Assembly (NCBI GenBank): GCA_963806035.1
Contig: CAWDWO010000039.1
Coordinates: forward strand, 1 to 64,000
Direction: 5' to 3'
Origin: Candidatus Krumholzibacteriota bacterium
GTDB lineage: Bacteria; Krumholzibacteriota; Krumholzibacteriia; JAJRXK01
Length of the DNA stretch: 64,000 bases
Below are positions 50,978 to 60,152 of the stretch, one piece after another (positions within the stretch are counted from its first letter, which is position 1; every line of letters begins with the position of its first letter). Made by a program: the position numbers and the translations under genes. The notes below the pieces were generated by a model. That model was not told where the DNA came from. It saw nothing but the letters and a program-made list of their open reading frames with translations, and made no database searches.

Positions 50978-52032
50978 GACGACTGCTATGCCTCGCGCTT
51001 CTCCTGCTGCTTTCGGCCTGCCAGGCCAAGAGCGAGCAAGAAGAAGCCTCCCCGCGCACCCTTCCCGTCGAACGCCCCAGCCTGAGTGTCTCGCTTCTGA
51101 GTGATTCGGCCATGGTCGCCCGAGTGGGCGAGGAGTGGGCGAGGAGTCAGGGAATGGATCTAAAGCTGATTCCGCGGGAGCAGGGGCAAAGCCCTCCGCC
51201 GGAAGTGGCTCTGGTCGAACTCGAGGACGGCGGCGGCCAGCCCTGGCTCCTGGCTCCCTATGGCCTCTTGGCCAGGCTGGACTTGCTGCAGGAGTCGGGT
51301 CAATCGACCCGCTGTCCCGACTCCTGGCAAGCTCTCGCGGTTCTGGTGAGGGCCATGGAAAGCGAGGGGAAAGCGCTGGGAATCCCCCAGTCCAGCGAGG
51401 GCCTGCACCGGCTCTTTCTTCCTCTGTACTGGGCGGCGCGCGGCGTGGAGTCGCAGGAAGCGCCGCGCCTGGACGCCCCGGCGGCCGAGGGGGCTCTGGC
51501 CTATCTGGTCGCGCTCTCCCAACGCGCCCAGCGAGCCGCGCCCGACGAGCTGGAGCAGTCGTTCCTGGCCGGGGAGTTGGCCTTCTTGGCCTGCGATCTC
51601 AACACTGCCCGCAGCATTCAGGATCGGGCGCCTCAGTTCCGGCTTCAACTGTGGCCCTGGCCGGCCGAGGAAGGGGGGAGGCCGGGCGTCGCCCTGGCCC
51701 TGGCTCGCTCGTGGAAAGTCCCCGCGGATTCGCCCCAGCCGGAGCTCGCGACTTCCTTGAAGAATGCACTCACTTCCCCGCGCGCAGCCAAAGTGATCGA
51801 GGAAACCCGGGGCGCCTGGATGCCCGCGGCAAACGAGGGAGGCGAGACGCCGGCTCTGCTCACGCAGTTGCAAGGCACGCTGCATCCCTGGCCGCGGGGC
51901 AAGAACGCGCTTCTTCTCTCGACTCTGCTCGACCGGGCCTGCGACGCGGCCCTGGACCGGCGCCGCAGCCCGCGGGCGGCTCTCGCCGAGGCCAAAGCTG
52001 CATTTGATTCCAAGGCTGACTTGTCGCCGTGA
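50974..52032 (+). CDS. Lipoprotein resembling a divergent sugar ABC solute-binding protein
   Basis: Lipobox LSAC; PDSWQAL, FLAGELAF and terminal ALAEA helix resemble SBP family 1. Confidence 0.55.
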   Translation: MRRLLCLALLLLLSACQAKSEQEEASPRTLPVERPSLSVSLLSDSAMVARVGEEWARSQGMDLKLIPREQGQSPPPEVALVELEDGGGQPWLLAPYGLLARLDLLQESGQSTRCPDSWQALAVLVRAMESEGKALGIPQSSEGLHRLFLPLYWAARGVESQEAPRLDAPAAEGALAYLVALSQRAQRAAPDELEQSFLAGELAFLACDLNTARSIQDRAPQFRLQLWPWPAEEGGRPGVALALARSWKVPADSPQPELATSLKNALTSPRAAKVIEETRGAWMPAANEGGETPALLTQLQGTLHPWPRGKNALLLSTLLDRACDAALDRRRSPRAALAEAKAAFDSKADLSP

Positions 52033-52055
52033 GCGACTACGTCTAGCATCTCGAC

Positions 52056-53258
52056 ATGCTTGCCGATCTTCTACGCGAACGCCTCGCGGCGCGGCCGCTC
52101 TTCGCCGTGGGACTCATGTCCGGCACCAGCTTGGACGGTGTCGATGCCGTGCTGATGCGTCTGGATCCGCCCGAGGACCCGCGCCAGTGGCAAATCGTGG
52201 CCTCTTGGAGCGGACCCTTCCAGGAGGTGGGGGCCGAACGCCTGCGGGCCATCGCGCAGGGAGGAAGCACCGACGCCGGTGAACTGAGCCGCGTTCGCAT
52301 GGCAGTCGCGCGCGATTACGAGCGCGCGGTGCGCGAGGTTTGCCGTGACGCGGTGATGAGGCCCGAGGAACTCCTCTACGTCGCGGCGCATGGGGTGACC
52401 CTGTGGCACGCCCCCGCCAAGGGCGGGGGCCACACCTGGCAGATTCACGCGGGACCCGCTCTGGCGACCTGGCTCTCGACCATCGTGATCGACGATTTCC
52501 GCACCGCTGACGTGGCGGCCGGGGGGCACGGCGCCCCCCTGGCGCCGATCGCCGATCTCCGCCTGCGCGTGCATCCGCAGGAGGACCGCGTCATTCTGAA
52601 TTTTGGAGGCGTCGCCAATCTCACCGCGCTCCCCGCGGGCGCCACGAAGAGTAGCGAGATTTGTTGCGGCGACGTCGGACCGGCCAATCTGCTCCTGGAC
52701 GGACTCAAGCGGCGTCAGACCGAAGGACGTGAACATTTCGATCGCGACGGCAGACTGGGTCTCTCGGGCCGTCCCGACCGGCAGCTCGTGCAGGAGATGC
52801 TGGAAGAGGGTTGGGCACGCCTGCCGTTGCCCCGTTCTTTCGGTCGCGAGCAGTTTGGCGCCACCTATCTCGAGGGCTTTCTCCACCGGGCCGCGAAGCT
52901 GAATCCGGCCGACCAGATGGCCACCTTGGTGGCCATGGAAGCGGGCAGCGTGCGGATCTTCCTCGAAGAACTCTGCGGCAAGTGGCGTCGTTGCGAAGAG
53001 AACAAGCTCGGGATCTATCTCTGCGGCGGGGGACGCCACAACCACGCACTGGTGGACGCGTTGGAACTGGAGATACCCTACGCGAAGATCGACGGCATCG
53101 AGGCCCTCGGAACTTCAGCCGATTTCAAGGAGGCCGTCGACTGGACTCTTTTGGGCTGGTTGACTCTCAACGCGCAGGGGGCGGGCCAAGCCCAACTGAC
53201 CGGCGCGGATCGCGAACTCGTACTGGGTTCCATTCACGCCCCCACCTTGCTGCAATGA
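52056..53258 (+). CDS. anmK: Anhydro-N-acetylmuramic acid kinase
   Basis: GLMSGTSLDGVD, DFRTADVAAGGHGAPL, NFGGVAN, GPAN, CGGG, KEA. Confidence 0.94.
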   Translation: MLADLLRERLAARPLFAVGLMSGTSLDGVDAVLMRLDPPEDPRQWQIVASWSGPFQEVGAERLRAIAQGGSTDAGELSRVRMAVARDYERAVREVCRDAVMRPEELLYVAAHGVTLWHAPAKGGGHTWQIHAGPALATWLSTIVIDDFRTADVAAGGHGAPLAPIADLRLRVHPQEDRVILNFGGVANLTALPAGATKSSEICCGDVGPANLLLDGLKRRQTEGREHFDRDGRLGLSGRPDRQLVQEMLEEGWARLPLPRSFGREQFGATYLEGFLHRAAKLNPADQMATLVAMEAGSVRIFLEELCGKWRRCEENKLGIYLCGGGRHNHALVDALELEIPYAKIDGIEALGTSADFKEAVDWTLLGWLTLNAQGAGQAQLTGADRELVLGSIHAPTLLQ

Positions 53259-54688
53259 AGTACACGCTATCCAATCTTTCTCGGGCGGTATTTGAATCGA
53301 AACTCGCGCTCGTGAGCGCGACGGTTCTCTGCTGCTTCGCCTTGTCCTGTTCTCACCCGCCTGCGCCACGCATGGACGGCAAGCAGATCGAACACGATCA
53401 AGGCACTCTGCCGCCGTGGGACGACGAGGGAATTCCCCTTCCCTCGGACGAAGTCGAAACACCACGAGAGACGCCGCTCTTTAGGCCGGGGGGTGACGTG
53501 GTGCGCATCGGTCTCTCCACCGGCAACGAGCGGATCGAAGTGCGCGCCGAGTGTCCCGTCGAGATCCTCGATCTTGGGGGTAAGAGTTACGGAAGGGATC
53601 TCGGCCCGGGACGCATTCGCATCAGTCGCGCTCGCAGGGGCTTGGTGCTGGACGGACCCGGCTTCGACGCCTTGGGCGTTCCCGGCCGGGGAGTGCTCCT
53701 GCGAGGCAAGAAAGGTGAGGCCTGTTTCTCGAGCGGAGGGAATGTCTACACCGGTGACGCTCTCATCGAGCATCAGGCGGACGGTCGCCTCGCCTTGGTG
53801 AACGTGGTCGACCTGGAGAGCTACTTGCGCGGAGTCATTCCCTGGGAAATCGGGAGACCGGGAAAGGAGTCCATGGAGGCGGTGAAGGCGCAGGCGATCG
53901 CCGCGCGCACCTATACCGTGGCTCATCTGGGAAGACGCGAGGAACTGGGCTTCGACCTGTGGGACAACGTCGCCGATCAAGTGTACCGGGGAATGACGGG
54001 GGTCAGCGAAGTGACCGACCGCGCGGTGGCGGAGACCCGTTCGCAGGTTCTGCGCTACGAGGGAGAGATCGTACAAGCGTACTACTGCAGTACCTGCGGC
54101 GGTCACACCAGCGCCATCCAGGACGTGTGGCCGCGAGAAGCCGTGCCCTATCTACAGGGAGTTCGTGACGCTCCTGAGGGCGAGAGCTCCTGGTGTAAGG
54201 AGAGTCCGCACTTTCGTTGGACGGTGGCCTGGAGTGCACGGGAACTGGGGGAGATCATTCGCGCACACCTCCCGACGGAAGTCGATCCGCGGCTCAGCGC
54301 GCGCCAGGTCGGCGTGCTCCAGGGGCTACAAGTTCTCGAGCGCGATCGCAGTGGCCGCGTGCGCCGCCTGAGGGTGAAGACCAGCACCGGCAGTTGGGAA
54401 GTGGTGGGTGATCGCATCCGATGGGTGCTGCGACCGCCCCGTGGACGCTTCGAAATCTTGCGCAGCACACTCTTCAGTCTGCAGGAATATCGCGACGAAG
54501 AGGGCAACTTGATCGGTGTGCGGGTTCAGGGGGGCGGCAACGGACACGGCATCGGAATGTGTCAGAGCGGGGCACTCGCCATGGCCCGCGCCGGACGAAG
54601 CAGCGAGCAAATTCTCCAGCACTACTATCCCGGCACCCAGATCGAGTCGCTGCGCGGGGGACGCGAGGAATGGGCGCGAGCACGATGA
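53255..54688 (+). CDS. SpoIID/LytB domain lytic transglycosylase (probable lipoprotein)
   Basis: LESYLRGVIPWE, KAQAIAARTY, QVYRG, STCGGHT, GHGIGMCQSGA, ILQHYYPG. Confidence 0.92.
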   Translation: MKYTLSNLSRAVFESKLALVSATVLCCFALSCSHPPAPRMDGKQIEHDQGTLPPWDDEGIPLPSDEVETPRETPLFRPGGDVVRIGLSTGNERIEVRAECPVEILDLGGKSYGRDLGPGRIRISRARRGLVLDGPGFDALGVPGRGVLLRGKKGEACFSSGGNVYTGDALIEHQADGRLALVNVVDLESYLRGVIPWEIGRPGKESMEAVKAQAIAARTYTVAHLGRREELGFDLWDNVADQVYRGMTGVSEVTDRAVAETRSQVLRYEGEIVQAYYCSTCGGHTSAIQDVWPREAVPYLQGVRDAPEGESSWCKESPHFRWTVAWSARELGEIIRAHLPTEVDPRLSARQVGVLQGLQVLERDRSGRVRRLRVKTSTGSWEVVGDRIRWVLRPPRGRFEILRSTLFSLQEYRDEEGNLIGVRVQGGGNGHGIGMCQSGALAMARAGRSSEQILQHYYPGTQIESLRGGREEWARAR

Positions 54689-56190
54689 GCGCTCCATTGC
54701 CCGTTCTGGTTGGACTGCAGGGCACGACACTTCTACCAGCTGAGGAAGAGGCACTGCGCCGTCTTCAGCCGCGCGGTGTTCTCCTCTTCAAGCGAAACGT
54801 CGTTTCGAATGCACAATTGGAGGAACTGTGCGCGAAAGTCACGGGCATTCTTCAGGAGAGTTCCGACTTGCCGCTCATCGCGGCCGACCACGAAGGGGGG
54901 CCGGTCAGCGTCCTGGGCGCCGCCGTGGGAATCCCCCCTTCCGCGCGCGCACTGGGGCTGGCGGATGATCCCGAACTCACGCGCCGGGTTCACAAGGAGA
55001 GCGCGCGCCGCGCGCGGCGGGCCGGAGTCAACTTTCTTCTGGCGCCGGTGGCCGATGTCGATCGTCCGGGAAACCCGGTGATCGGAATCCGCGCCTTCTC
55101 CCAAGACAGCACGCGAGTCGCCACGCAGGTGAAAGCCGCGGTGCGCGGACTGCGCGAGGGGGGAGTGTACAGCTGCGCGAAGCACTGGCCGGGTCACGGT
55201 TCCCCGAGCAGCGACAGCCACCAAGAAAGCGCGAGTGTCACGATCGAGCTGAAAGAGTGGCAGGAGATCGACCTGCCGCCTTTTCGAGCCGCGGTTGCGG
55301 CCGGGGTCTCCGCGCTCATGGTGGGTCACCTCGCCTTCGCCGAACTGGACCGGAGCGGGGTCATCGCCCCGCTCTCGCGCCGCATTCTTGAAGAGTGCAG
55401 GAGAAGCTTGGGCTTCGAGGGCCTCCTGCTGAGCGATGCGCTGGAAATGGAGGGCTTCGGCGGCGCCGACCCCGCGGACGCACTCGATGCGGGAATCGAT
55501 CTCCTGCTCTTCGGCAAGACACTGCTTTCGTTGAAAGACGAGCTGAGTTCTCTGGCGGAACGCCTGAAGCCGCACGACGGCCGTGTCTACGCCTTTCCCG
55601 ATGCGCCCCAGGATCCGCCGGAGACCGCGGACGCCGAAGCCTATGTGCGCGCGCGAACGAGTGGTGTGTGCGTGCACGGCCCTCTCGCCTGGGATCGGAA
55701 GTCTTGGGTGCTGTGGGACGGGGTGAGTGGCGATCGGCTCTACCCCTTCGCCGATTGGGGGAGCGAGGAGCAAAGCGATGCGTCCCTCGTGGCGGGGAAC
55801 GAAGAGCGCGAGGAAGGTGAATCTTCGCTGGAGCTTTCTCTCTCGCGCGCGCTGCAGCTCACGGCAAGGGAAATTGGGCGCTGGGATCCGCACGAAAATG
55901 AATTTCAAAATGAGGCGCGGTTGGAGCGCATCCCCTGGCCCGAGAAGGGAGAGGGCCTGCTCATCGCGAGCCTCCGTCCCTTGGCCCGACCACTGCTCGA
56001 CGCGTTGCAAGCGCGCTTGAGCGAGCCCTCGGCAAGCCCCGCGTGGGTGATCTGCCTGGGTGTTTTGCCTGCCCCCGTGACGGAGTCGCAGTTACCGTGG
56101 CTGCACCTTCCCGGACTCTGCGAGCGGGATTTCAAGCTTCTTTCGCCGATCCTGCAGGGCGGCGTTGACAGGGGACAGCCTCGTTGCTAG
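54685..56190 (+). CDS. nagZ: GH3 beta-N-acetylglucosaminidase (NagZ-like)
   Basis: ADHEGG, APVADV, RAFS, KHWPGHG, DSH, SDALEM. Confidence 0.85.
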   Translation: MSAPLPVLVGLQGTTLLPAEEEALRRLQPRGVLLFKRNVVSNAQLEELCAKVTGILQESSDLPLIAADHEGGPVSVLGAAVGIPPSARALGLADDPELTRRVHKESARRARRAGVNFLLAPVADVDRPGNPVIGIRAFSQDSTRVATQVKAAVRGLREGGVYSCAKHWPGHGSPSSDSHQESASVTIELKEWQEIDLPPFRAAVAAGVSALMVGHLAFAELDRSGVIAPLSRRILEECRRSLGFEGLLLSDALEMEGFGGADPADALDAGIDLLLFGKTLLSLKDELSSLAERLKPHDGRVYAFPDAPQDPPETADAEAYVRARTSGVCVHGPLAWDRKSWVLWDGVSGDRLYPFADWGSEEQSDASLVAGNEEREEGESSLELSLSRALQLTAREIGRWDPHENEFQNEARLERIPWPEKGEGLLIASLRPLARPLLDALQARLSEPSASPAWVICLGVLPAPVTESQLPWLHLPGLCERDFKLLSPILQGGVDRGQPRC

Positions 56191-56193
56191 ATT
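56165..56193 (+). promoter_or_regulatory. Sigma70-type promoter of tRNA-Asp
   Basis: TTGACA-17 nt-TAGATT with TGn, overlapping the nagZ 3' end. Confidence 0.7.
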
Positions 56194-56241
56194 CCCTCTC
56201 CGCTTCGCCTTCGGGCGACGCAACGTGCCTTAGTGGCATTC

Positions 56242-56319
56242 GGGGGCGTAGTTCAGCTTGGTTAGAACGCCGGCCTGTCAAGCCGGAGGTCGCGAGTTCG
56301 ATCCTCGTCGCTCCCGCCA
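56242..56319 (+). tRNA. tRNA-Asp (GTC)
   Basis: Acceptor GGGGGCG/CGCTCCC, anticodon arm CCGGC-CT-GTC-AA-GCCGG, GTTCGATCC, G73-CCA. Confidence 0.96.
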
Positions 56320-56328
56320 TCTTTCGAC

Positions 56329-56356
56329 AAGCCCGCTCCTTTGAGGAGCGGGCTTT
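56329..56356 (+). terminator. Terminator after tRNA-Asp
   Basis: AAGCCCGCTCCT-ttg-AGGAGCGGGCTT followed by T. Confidence 0.8.
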
Positions 56357-56526
56357 CGCATGCGCGAATGCGGGCCGGGAATACTGGCGGTCGAGACACT
56401 TTTGACACACATTAATCAACGGTGCTGGCACTGCCTGACCCTCCACCTGGGCGAGAGCCGCACCTTACCAAAGTGCCCTCCGGTGCCGTGCCGGAGGGCG
56501 CGTCTTTATCCGGCATGGGGAAGGAC

Positions 56527-57126
56527 TCAGGCCGGGAGATCTTCGGGCCGGTTCCAGTTGCGCAGCACGCGCGCATCGTTCACTTCCACGCGTATCAATT
56601 CGCTCTCCTCCAGGCCGCGCAAGCAATCGCGCAGACTGAGCGCCGATTTCCAATCGAAACGCGAGAGCGCGCCACGGGTGAGCGCGAGGGGGTGTCCCCC
56701 TTGCTCTTGATACACGGGCTTGGCGACGAGTGCAGGAACGAGCGCCGCTTGCAGTTTGCGCAGAATAGGGGATTCGATGGGACCGGTGTCGATGGGCTGC
56801 AGAAAGAAGGCTTGGTAAGCGCGAGTTTGAACGACGCGAAAGGCGCAGCGCACGCTTTCCATCATGGGCGCGCTCGCGTCGGCACCGGCGTGAAGGACGA
56901 GCCCCTTCGAGGCGAGCGATTCCTGGATCTCGGGAAGTCTCTTCAACTCCTCCGCCGCCTCGTCGCTGAGGATGGCGTGGACTTCAGAAACTCCGAACTG
57001 GAAATACGAGCTGGCGATCCGCTGCAAGATCAGCGCGCCATCGATCCTCAAGAGGGCCTTGGGAAAGCCCATGCGCTGGCCGCGGCCCGCGGCGAGTACG
57101 AACGCGGCACTGATCTCAGTCGCCAT
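56527..57126 (-). CDS. MocA/MobA-like nucleotidyltransferase
   Basis: VLAAGRGQRMGFPKALL, PIDTG, GGHP, NRPED. Confidence 0.82.
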   Translation of the reverse strand: MATEISAAFVLAAGRGQRMGFPKALLRIDGALILQRIASSYFQFGVSEVHAILSDEAAEELKRLPEIQESLASKGLVLHAGADASAPMMESVRCAFRVVQTRAYQAFFLQPIDTGPIESPILRKLQAALVPALVAKPVYQEQGGHPLALTRGALSRFDWKSALSLRDCLRGLEESELIRVEVNDARVLRNWNRPEDLPA

Positions 57127-57994
57127 CGTCCGCGCTGGAGACTGAGGGTGAGAGTGGGGGAGTGGGCTCTTCGATACCCCGCCGGTGGTGGATCTTGTTC
57201 AACGAGGCCATGCTGGCCACGAAGATCTTCTCCTTGCGGCCGCGATGGTGCGCAATGAGTTCGGCGACGATGGACACGGCGATCTCACTGGGAGTGATCG
57301 CGCCGATGTCCAGGCCGATGGGCATGTTGACGCGCCCGAGCTGCTCATCGCTGAAGCCCTTCGCTCTGCAGCGAGAAATGGCGCGCGTGACCTTCGAGAG
57401 ACTACCGATGACCCCCAGATACTCGGGCGGAGTTTTCAAGTAGTGCTCGAGAACGGCTTGATCCTGCTCGTGCCCGCGAGTGACCACGACCACGAAGTCA
57501 CGAGGGCCGGCGCTGAGCTCCTCGAGCGCCTCTTCCACGCTCGAGTTGAGGATTCGCTCGACCGAAGGGAAGCGCTGCGGGTTGGCCCATTCCTCCCTTT
57601 CGTCGATTACCGTGACCTGAAAGCCGCAGTCGGAAGCGAGTGCTGCGGTAGGTTGGGCGACGTGTCCGCCTCCGTAGACGAGGAGCCGTCGCGTGGGTTC
57701 GAGAACTTCACAGAAGATCTGCATCACCCCGCCGCAGCACATCCCCAGCTCGGCGCTGAGATTGTATTCGAGAATCCCACTCTTGCGCTTTTCGAGCAGG
57801 GCGGCGGCATCCTTCAGAGCGGCCGCCTCCACGGCGCCACCGCCAATGGTGCCCTCGAAGCTCCCGTCCGCCCGCAGCAGCATGGACGCTCCCACTTCCT
57901 GGGGACCGGAGCCATCGACGCGGATCACCTTGAGGTGAGCCACGGTTTCGCCTCTCTGAAGGGAGTCCGTGATTCGCCGGTAGAATTCGTGCAT
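57116..57994 (-). CDS. xdhC: XdhC/CoxI family molybdoenzyme maturation factor
   Basis: GTIGGGAVE, GMCCGG, YGGGHVA, TRGH, YLGVIGS, PIGLDIGA. Confidence 0.9.
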   Translation of the reverse strand: MHEFYRRITDSLQRGETVAHLKVIRVDGSGPQEVGASMLLRADGSFEGTIGGGAVEAAALKDAAALLEKRKSGILEYNLSAELGMCCGGVMQIFCEVLEPTRRLLVYGGGHVAQPTAALASDCGFQVTVIDEREEWANPQRFPSVERILNSSVEEALEELSAGPRDFVVVVTRGHEQDQAVLEHYLKTPPEYLGVIGSLSKVTRAISRCRAKGFSDEQLGRVNMPIGLDIGAITPSEIAVSIVAELIAHHRGRKEKIFVASMASLNKIHHRRGIEEPTPPLSPSVSSADDGD

Positions 57995-58136
57995 CTTCGA
58001 CCTCGATCGCAAACACTGGTCCCGCGCGCACCTTGGCTCTATTTTAACAGTCTAGGACCAAACGCGTCCGATAGTATTCAAGGTAGGAGAGGGAGCAGTC
58101 AACTGCCCCTCACAACTCCACTCTCAGTGCGGAATC

Positions 58137-59108
58137 ATGTCGTCCAAAGCTCGCTCTTACTGGGCCGCCTCCAAGGACCTTCGACGGGAACTGGGGGAGG
58201 TTCTGGATCAAAACGAGTTGAAAGCCCTGCACCGGCGCAGCGCGCCGCGGCATTTCCTGGTGGCTTTGCGTTTGGTCGCGGTCACCGCACTGTGCATTTT
58301 CGCACTGCTGCGCTTCGACCTGGGCTACTTCTGGCCTTTGCCCGCGATTCTGCTCGGCTTCTGCTACTTCGACTACACCGTGCTGTTGCACGAGGTCGTC
58401 CACAAGACCGTATTCCAGCGCTCGCGGCCGCGCTGGCTGCGCGCACTGGGCATCCTGTACGCGGTGCCCAGCGGGATCTCCGCCTCCCAGTTCACGCGCT
58501 GGCACCTGGATCACCACGACAATCTGGGTGATGGTCTGGACGATCCGAAGCGGCACTGGCTCAGTCCGAAGAAGCGCTCGCGCCTGGTGAAGTTTCTGTA
58601 CTGGACCCCGCTGCTCATTCCCATCTACTTCACGGCCGCCAAGAGAGAGAGCGTTTCCTACGAGCCCTCCCTGCAGCGCACCATCGCCCTCGAGCGGGGA
58701 GTGACCATTCTCTTCCATCTGGCGGTCTTGGCCGGACTCTTCTATTGGGGCGGATTTTCCGCGGCGCTCAAGGTGTATCTGGTGCCCTATCTCTTGGTGT
58801 TCCCCGTCGCTTTCAGCCTCAATCGCTTGGGTCAGCACTATGCCATCGATCCCTCCGAAGTTGCTCGCTGGAGCACGCGCATCGACGGCAACTTCTTTTG
58901 GCGGTGGATCTACCTCAATTCCAACTACCATCTCGAGCACCACTATTTTCAGAACGTGCCGCTGTACAACCTGCGACGTTTGAATCGGATACTCCGCGCC
59001 TTCTACGACGCTCACGGGATTCCCAACTATGGTTACGGGCGGATCCTGAGAGCTTGGTTCGTGGACAACGAGGCGCCGCACACGCGTTGGGCCTGCGAGA
59101 ACGAATGA
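58137..59108 (+). CDS. Membrane fatty acid desaturase family protein
   Basis: Three His boxes HEVVH, HLDHH and HLEHH, plus TM segments. Confidence 0.88.
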   Translation: MSSKARSYWAASKDLRRELGEVLDQNELKALHRRSAPRHFLVALRLVAVTALCIFALLRFDLGYFWPLPAILLGFCYFDYTVLLHEVVHKTVFQRSRPRWLRALGILYAVPSGISASQFTRWHLDHHDNLGDGLDDPKRHWLSPKKRSRLVKFLYWTPLLIPIYFTAAKRESVSYEPSLQRTIALERGVTILFHLAVLAGLFYWGGFSAALKVYLVPYLLVFPVAFSLNRLGQHYAIDPSEVARWSTRIDGNFFWRWIYLNSNYHLEHHYFQNVPLYNLRRLNRILRAFYDAHGIPNYGYGRILRAWFVDNEAPHTRWACENE

Positions 59109-59168
59109 GGCCACCCCGCGGGGAGGTGGCCTTCACGATTCACCGGGAATTTTCGCGCGAAATTGGCT

Positions 59169-59405
59169 TCAGATCTTCTCGCCGCGCGCGCGCAGCTCGC
59201 GCAATACGGTGGAGATGCCCTTCTTGGAAATGGTCTTCATTCCCTTGGCGCTGACGGTGAGACTGACCCAACGGTTTTCCTCGGGGACCCAGAAACGCTT
59301 CTTGTGAAGATTGGGCAAGAAGCGGCGCTTGTTCAGATTGTGGGCATGGGAGACGTGGTTCCCGGACATCGGGCGCTTTCCCGTCACCTGGCAGATTCGC
59401 GACAT
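59169..59405 (-). CDS. rpmB: 50S ribosomal protein L28
   Basis: [29 protein letters not shown]. Confidence 0.97.
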   Translation of the reverse strand: MSRICQVTGKRPMSGNHVSHAHNLNKRRFLPNLHKKRFWVPEENRWVSLTVSAKGMKTISKKGISTVLRELRARGEKI

Positions 59406-59518
59406 ACTAATGACTCCTCGTTCTCTCTTGGGCTTCCGCTTCTTGGGGCGGCTCGGCCGAGAGATTGACGTCCTACACGCTGCGCGCGTTGACTTTCTGT
59501 CCAGCCCAGCGGCCTACT

Positions 59519-59546
59519 AGTATATCGATGTGGACGGCCATTGCAA
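59519..59546 (-). promoter_or_regulatory. Probable rpmB promoter
   Basis: Minus strand TTGCAA-16 nt-TATACT. Confidence 0.6.
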
Positions 59547-59588
59547 GGAGGGTGGCCGCGGAGAGCCCTGAGGGCGGCCAGGAGACGC

Positions 59589-60020
59589 TCAGTCGTCCCC
59601 GAAGGGGTTGGCCGGCCCCTTGCGCTGGAAGTTCTTGAAATCGTCGTCCAGGGAAGCGATGCGCTTTTTCTTCGCTGGCGTCTCGCCCTCGCGGAAGAGC
59701 GATTCCAGCTTGGCCTGTTCCTGCGCCATTTTTTCGTCGAAGGCCTTGATGTCCTCGGCGAGGCCGCTCTCGTCCTCGGCCTGGGGCAGAGTCTCCAGTT
59801 TGAGGTGGTCGCGGATCTCGTAGCGCTCGTCGTAGGCCGAACCCACGCGGACCAGGATCTCATCCTCGACCAGACCGCGCAGGAGGAAGCCCACCTTCTC
59901 ATGAGGCCAGCCGAGGAACTCGCTGATCTCCTCAGCCTTGGGAGGGTGCTGACGCAGATACGAGAGCACGCGCACGCATGCCACCAAGAGATGTCCCTCC
60001 TGATACGGTACCTTGATCAT
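59589..60020 (-). CDS. Hypothetical protein (winged-helix-like N-terminus, coiled-coil C-terminus)
   Basis: GAGGAGG RBS; PPKAEEISEFLG..LLRGLVEDEIL pattern; charged tail ending NPFGDD. Confidence 0.7.
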   Translation of the reverse strand: MIKVPYQEGHLLVACVRVLSYLRQHPPKAEEISEFLGWPHEKVGFLLRGLVEDEILVRVGSAYDERYEIRDHLKLETLPQAEDESGLAEDIKAFDEKMAQEQAKLESLFREGETPAKKKRIASLDDDFKNFQRKGPANPFGDD

Positions 60021-60152
60021 CGCTACCTCCTCTTGCCTCTAGGGCAATGCTAGCTCGGAGATCCTTTCCGCGCCAAGGGCGAAGCGGCCCCTCTTGCGCC
60101 GGTTTCCGCCTCAGGCCTACTCTGAAGAAGACCCCGGGATTCGGAGGAGAGT

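Noticed and set aside
56527..57994. Complete xanthine/CO dehydrogenase locus
   Set aside because: Only maturation factors are present; the structural genes are not in this window, a common arrangement
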